This document shows positions 59,027-64,000 of a DNA stretch of 64,000 nucleotides, one piece after another. The position numbers were made by a program, and so were the translations under genes. The notes beneath the pieces were generated by a model, which was not told where the DNA came from, searched no databases, and saw nothing but the letters and a program-made list of their open reading frames with translations. Source of the DNA: Basidiobolus meristosporus CBS 931.73 (lineage: Eukaryota > Fungi > Basidiobolomycota); the NCBI GenBank assembly GCA_002104905.1, contig MCFE01000415.1, positions 1 through 64,000 on the forward strand. Direction: 5' to 3'. The first letter of the stretch is position 1. The number at the start of each line of letters is the position of its first letter.

Positions 59027-59449
59027 TTACGTTGAAGAGAATCGATAAACCACAAAATACGTGAACTAGCCAAACGACTCGAACGAATCCGTGACTTCAA
59101 CCAGCTACACCAACCGAAGCATGATTTTTTTTTCTTTTCTTTCTTACTCAATAAGATCAGTTCGGAAATCAAGAAAATCAAAATTCCACCTGAAAAAATC
59201 AAAAAAAACTGGTTCACCGAGGCTGAATAATCCGTGGTTAAATTATGCGGATTTCGTGCATTTGACTATTTGTTGGTGTCAGCCGGTGCTTCCGGAAATA
59301 TATGCATACAAATGGGGATTATTCCGAGCGTTGACCAATCCGCCATACCAAATATGGTATATTTACCCATGGATCGTAAGTATAAAAGCCTCCAAATTGA
59401 ATGGTCTCTCTCATCAATCGTACTTTCAATTTCAGCAACAGACACACTC

Positions 59450-60319
59450 ATGGCCGCTCAAAGATACGTTACAAGTCAAGTAGAAGCCATCGCCCAATCT
59501 GAGGGAGATGGTGCCACTGTCAGAAGAAGCATCGGGACTAGCGAGCTCGAGAATTTCGATCCTTTCTTGATGCTTGATGAGTTCATGGTCGAGCCTCCTG
59601 CTGGATTCCCAGATCATCCACATCGTGGTTTCGAGACTGTTACTTATATGCTCGAGGGGATAGTTGCTCACGAAGACTTCGCTGGCCACAAGGGGGAGAT
59701 CGGACCAGGTGATCTTCAATGGATGACTGCTGGGCGTGGTATCGTTCATGCGGAAATGCCACAAACGAAATGCCGAGGCTTGCAGCTCTGGGTGAACCTG
59801 AGCGCTACTGAGAAAATGTGCGAGCCTCGCTATCAGGAGCTACTGGACAAGGAAATCCCTAGGGTATCCCCTCCAGGTGTGGATGCAGTGATTAAGGTTA
59901 TCGCCGGCCACTCATTCGGAGTAAGCAGTCCAGTGGTTACGAAAACCCCAACTATGTACCTGGACTTCAAGGTTGAGAAGAATTCCAAATTTGAGCAGGT
60001 CATCCCAGAGAGCTACCAAGGTTTCTTGTATATCCTGGAAGGCGAGGGCTACTTCGGATCAAAGAATACTCTTGGGAAAGCACACCATACTCTGACCCTA
60101 AGCGAGGAGGGTGGGTCAGTTAGCATCGAAACCAAGGATAGTGGAGTGCATTTTGTACTTGTTGCTGGCGAGCCCATCAAAGAACCCGTTGTTCAATACG
60201 GACCATTTGTCATGAATCATTCAAGTGACATTCAACGAACATTCATAGACTATCGCATGGGAATGAATGGTTTTGAAAGAGCTCGTACATGGCGCTCCGA
60301 GATAGGCAATCGTCGTTAG
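59450..60319 (+). CDS. PIR: Pirin (iron-binding bicupin), 289 aa, intronless CDS
   Basis: DPFLMLDEF, GFPDHPHRGFETVTY, WMTAGRGIVHAEMP, GLQLWVNL, EPVVQYGPFVMN. MAAQ is taken as the start. Confidence 0.95.
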   Translation: MAAQRYVTSQVEAIAQSEGDGATVRRSIGTSELENFDPFLMLDEFMVEPPAGFPDHPHRGFETVTYMLEGIVAHEDFAGHKGEIGPGDLQWMTAGRGIVHAEMPQTKCRGLQLWVNLSATEKMCEPRYQELLDKEIPRVSPPGVDAVIKVIAGHSFGVSSPVVTKTPTMYLDFKVEKNSKFEQVIPESYQGFLYILEGEGYFGSKNTLGKAHHTLTLSEEGGSVSIETKDSGVHFVLVAGEPIKEPVVQYGPFVMNHSSDIQRTFIDYRMGMNGFERARTWRSEIGNRR

Positions 60320-60473
60320 GTTGAGCGCATGTCAATCAAGCAACAGTGTATTTTTATTTTTATCAATGATCAATCTTATTAGTAAATCATCTATTCTGTA
60401 TTTGTATTATACCAATTATCATTCAATAAATATAAATAAGTACAGTATATACTTCTTCCCAGAGTGTTGCCAA

Positions 60474-60887
60474 ATGCCTAAGCTTAAAAAGCCCAGGAAA
60501 AACCGGGGAAAGGTTGTTTCTCTGAAGGAAAAAGTTGGAAGCATGGATGAGCTGTGTCAATCCAAACAGATGGATTTGCTCAGAGATTTATTCAAGATTA
60601 CTCCGAAAACTTGTAGCCAATTCTGGGAGATTGGGCTTCGAACAGTTGCAGATTTCCGGAAGCCTGAACTTACAGCCCATGAGCTGTATGAGCGCTTTAA
60701 TACCTACGGAAAGAAAAATAATTTATGGAATGGTGCAAACGCCCCTCGGAATTATTTAACAGTATTTCGACGACTTCTATGGACTGCTAATGCTACCGAG
60801 GAAGACAGACGCCTGCATCCACATATGATGACTTGTAAAGCATGGTCCAAAAAAGCCATGACTGCTAGGGGGGAATCTGTGGATTAG
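60474..60887 (+). CDS. Cdd1/McrB-like helix-hairpin-helix family protein, 137 aa, intronless
   Basis: Pattern DL..I.P......EIG..TVADF....AHELYE....YLTVFR.LLW.A......HP.....W.KK matches my recollection of the Cdd1 family; basic N-terminus. Confidence 0.6.
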   Translation: MPKLKKPRKNRGKVVSLKEKVGSMDELCQSKQMDLLRDLFKITPKTCSQFWEIGLRTVADFRKPELTAHELYERFNTYGKKNNLWNGANAPRNYLTVFRRLLWTANATEEDRRLHPHMMTCKAWSKKAMTARGESVD

Positions 60888-61452
60888 CAATTGAAATACT
60901 CGATATTCACTTTGTTGTTTCTGAGAATAGACCCGAATAGTATAGTTGATGAGTCGACTTACACTAAATGCACTTATACTACCCTGAGTTTTCTTGAGAT
61001 CGGACGATGGCATACTTCTGTTGGGGGGGGGTTTACCTTTATCAAAGTTAATGGAGGATGAAGGCATTGTAGAATCGAACAGTTCACTTACAACCTTTCC
61101 ATGAATTTCCAGATACGAGGTAATATAGATTCAGGGGTTTAACTCGATATTTATAACCAGCTAAAGTTCTATAGTAGCTGCTTTTTAATTGCTTAAAGGC
61201 AAATGCCCTCAAAGCGAGCCCAAGTATCACTCGCTTGTGGCCTCACAGTTGATATTTATCAATTGGAGCATGGATAGGTGCGAGTATTAGCATGCCTTCC
61301 AAAGTCAAGCACAGCGTTGTTACCAACACCCATCCCGTTTGTCTTCTAAATTGTTTTTCTGGGAGCCATTTGTGCTGCTTTGTTGTAATCTTCATTTTAC
61401 TTTAGTGTTTTATTGCAAATAGATTATGCTGATAAAGTGCCGCTTTCGTAGT

Positions 61453-62604
61453 TTATGCTAGATCTTTTTCCGTTCTTATGTTCGGAGAATTCCGATGCAC
61501 ACATCCTGGGGTGCTCGAAAGTCTGGCCAGGATAGCGGTTGACAACTCCGTTGCCCATACATTTCCTCCTATGGCCAGGATGCGATGCGCCATTGAAAGC
61601 TGTGTTGGCAACGCAGAAGCCTGCTCGCTTACGATAGTACTGTACGTTTCATCAAACTGAACCTTGATGATCATGTCTTTGGCATTGGTATTGACAATGC
61701 TGGAAGCTAAGAGCCACAAGGTTGGGTGACTGGGATCTGGGCCACTTTCAAAGGCGAGATGTAGTAATGAGGCTCCCTTCGCTTGGTTTGATTTTAAAGT
61801 GAACCAAGTGATCTGACCGTTGTCATTGATTCGGCCAAAGGTACCGGTCCCTGTGGTATTTGAACCCAGAAGGACAAACCATACACCATGAGGTCCGGAT
61901 ATTGCACCCACAGGTGTAGATCCAAACTGAGATGGGATTGGAATCTGTGATGTAGTTCCGTTGGAAGTAATCCTCAGCAGCGAGCTGCCCTGATCTTGAG
62001 TAACGTAGAAATCTTTGTTTGTGGGGTGTTGAGCTACGAAAATGGGACTGGGCTTGGTTGGGAAGAGTGTTTGGTTGGCACTGTAATCCTTGTGGTTAAG
62101 GCGTAGTGCATGGCCGCTCTCCTTCAGAGTTGCCCAAAGGAAGTCGCCATATTCACCAATGTAATGCGGGCCCTTACCAGGAGCTGCCACATGTATTGTC
62201 CTGTGAATAATTGGTGGAGCCTCGAGGCTCTGTGGTTGTGGATCTACAAGTAGGAGCTGGTTTAGATATTCGACAGTGCACCATATCATTCCAGGATACT
62301 CAGTGGAAAGGGATAGGCCATGTAGCCCGGCATTTGGCCCTCCTAATGAGTGAGCCTCAATACCTGTAACCTGGCCATCTGGCCCAAGCTGAACCTTGAC
62401 CAATTTACTATTGCTCATTTGTGAGATTAAAATCATATCAGAGTTAGGCAGCTTCAGCAGCTCGTGTGTCATCTCAGTAGGTGGTAGATGATATTCATCA
62501 ATTCGATTCGTGCATATAGGAGCAGCAGCAGCATCCACTTGGATAGAGCACAAGGTCGACACAAGGAAGAGTACTAATGTGTTGAAGTGTAACATCAATA
62601 CCAT
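61453..62604 (-). CDS. Secreted beta-propeller protein, virginiamycin B lyase (Vgb)-like, about 383 aa, intronless
   Basis: Signal peptide; repeated blades HGL..., GPHYIGEYG..LW, PIFVAQHP, TPVGAISGPHGVWF, AHRIL...VWATEL. Confidence 0.7.
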   Translation of the reverse strand: MVLMLHFNTLVLFLVSTLCSIQVDAAAAPICTNRIDEYHLPPTEMTHELLKLPNSDMILISQMSNSKLVKVQLGPDGQVTGIEAHSLGGPNAGLHGLSLSTEYPGMIWCTVEYLNQLLLVDPQPQSLEAPPIIHRTIHVAAPGKGPHYIGEYGDFLWATLKESGHALRLNHKDYSANQTLFPTKPSPIFVAQHPTNKDFYVTQDQGSSLLRITSNGTTSQIPIPSQFGSTPVGAISGPHGVWFVLLGSNTTGTGTFGRINDNGQITWFTLKSNQAKGASLLHLAFESGPDPSHPTLWLLASSIVNTNAKDMIIKVQFDETYSTIVSEQASALPTQLSMAHRILAIGGNVWATELSTAILARLSSTPGCVHRNSPNIRTEKDLA

Positions 62605-63220
62605 GTTTGTATTATATCTACCATTGGCCGTCTTAAATACATTCTCTTGATTTCCCACCATTGTCAACCTTACTTCATTATATGCAGGTCTTAGGGGTAG
62701 CTTTCGTTTGATTGGCAGATGTCTAAACTTTTATCACTGTAGTTGTAGAAGAATCAACAGGCGAAACAAAGCCTTTGAACATAGATTTTTCGGGAAATTT
62801 AGCAACATTTACGTGGTGAACAATAGAGCATCCCAACGGAACATGTGTCGTTAGGGGTCCAATCTATTACTGCAGCTGCATATATAGCTCACCTATTTCC
62901 ATTTACCTTCTCATAACTACGATTTCCTTGAATGAGTGCAGGGAGGCCAATAAGAATGCTACCCTTACTGACATAATCATCTGTACATTTTTGGAACTTG
63001 GCCATCCACCTGGTCAATGCTTAGTTCACACTAAGTTAGCTTCCAATCCAACTGACAGAAATAGGAGAGGATTGAAATGATAGTAATTTCAAAATTATTC
63101 ATACTACAGCACTCCTATGAGCTCATAGTTCTCACTGTTGCGCAGAAAATTATTCTGACAACTCTTCACAATGACTGTGCAGCAGTGCGTTACCATATGT
63201 TCATATGAACAACTACAATG

Positions 63221-63569
63221 TGTTATAAGATTCTTGGGGATGTTGGAAGTGATTTGGAGAACAAGTAGATTATGTGGTTTTCACTTAATGATTGATTAAA
63301 TGTAAAAGTAGTATTAATACTTTTACATGGTCCTGGCATAACAAACACATAGAATATTTTCACTAAAATATCAGGTACCAAGAACATGAAAATTAGATGA
63401 GTTGTCCAAACAGCCCCAAACTTTGCGCACATGTTCTTGGGACCTTCCTAAACCTATTCTAAGTAAACCCTGACAAGAAGTTTGGTGAGTATTCTTTAGG
63501 ATTTGAAGGTAATGATCTAAGTGACTAAGTCAGGTGGATATTTAGGTGGAATAATAACTTTTTATAACC
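63221..63569 (-). repeat. 3' LTR of a Ty1/copia element (family of 22037-22368)
   Basis: Collinear with the 22-kb LTR except for an internal inversion; next to the PPT (ttcccacct at 63570-63578). Confidence 0.85.
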
Positions 63570-64000
63570 TTCCCACCTGGCTAAATTTTCCTACTGACTA
63601 GTTCCAGTTTTGACCAAAGATATTCAGACTTCTCTTTAGCTAATGGTTTTGTAAATATGTCTGCAATCATTTCATCTATAGGACAGTAAACTAAGCTAAC
63701 TAAGTTATTCTCTATAGCTTCACATATGAAATGATGTCTAATATCTATGTGCTCAGTTCTAGCATGAAAAGTTGGATATCTACCTAGTTGTATACATCCT
63801 TGATTATCTTGAAATAAAGTAATAGGCATTTTTGACATAGGCCCAAGTCTGTAAAAAGCTTTCATAACCACATTCCTTCTTTTGTAGCTTCACAGGCTGC
63901 CATATACTCTGCCTCTGTAGTAGAAAGTGCCATGGTTGGTTGCTTTCTTGAATTCCATGAAATTGCTCCTTTAAAGTAAAGAAAGGTGTATCCTGTGCTA
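63570..64000 (-). mobile_element. Ty1/copia RNase H region, continues beyond the window
   Basis: [46 protein letters not shown]. Confidence 0.93.

Noticed and set aside
59450-60319. Pirin as a bacterial horizontal transfer
   Set aside because: The sequence follows animal/plant pirin closely; lack of introns alone is not evidence.
1-64000. tRNA, rRNA, snRNA genes or CRISPR arrays
   Set aside because: None recognised by eye; small ncRNAs in intergenic or intronic regions cannot be excluded without tRNAscan or Infernal.

Overview
Eukaryotic DNA, most likely from an early-diverging fungus (short 45-70 nt GT-AG introns, CBM18-chitin deacetylase, Ecl1, SAM-HMG; a Basidiobolus/Mortierella-type genome is a guess, not shown). 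The window has three zones. (1) 1-22.4 kb is a CpG-poor transposon stack. It holds two subfamilies of a Ty3/gypsy element (A, 989-5927, inserted inverted into the leader of B, 567-13876, with a 4-bp ACCC TSD). It also holds three copies of a two-gene PHIS-superfamily DNA transposon (11-bp TIRs; ATT TSD as in the Pangu group; DDE_Tnp_4 transposase plus a divergent accessory ORF), a second Ty3 family and Ty1/copia remnants. (2) 23.4-62.6 kb is gene-dense with normal CpG: PNP1, alpha-arrestin, a PPN2-like pseudogene, RluA pseudouridine synthase, PPIL2, chitin deacetylase, ELP2, a C2 protein, bestrophin, a spliced DUF4286 gene missed by the ORF track, SAM-HMG, Ecl1, a LysP-like permease, MED15, SDH2, UTP18, pirin, a Cdd1-like protein, a secreted Vgb-like propeller and several small orphans. 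(3) From 63.2 kb a copia element runs off the window. The best leads are the PHIS accessory protein (SAP-like motif plus an F-box- or MADF-like N-terminus), its CpG-free transposase, a 98-bp inversion between copia LTR copies, and several bacterial-family genes. The supplied ORF 38510..39268 is labelled + but is encoded on the - strand. All domain calls come from motif recognition by eye; no searches were run.
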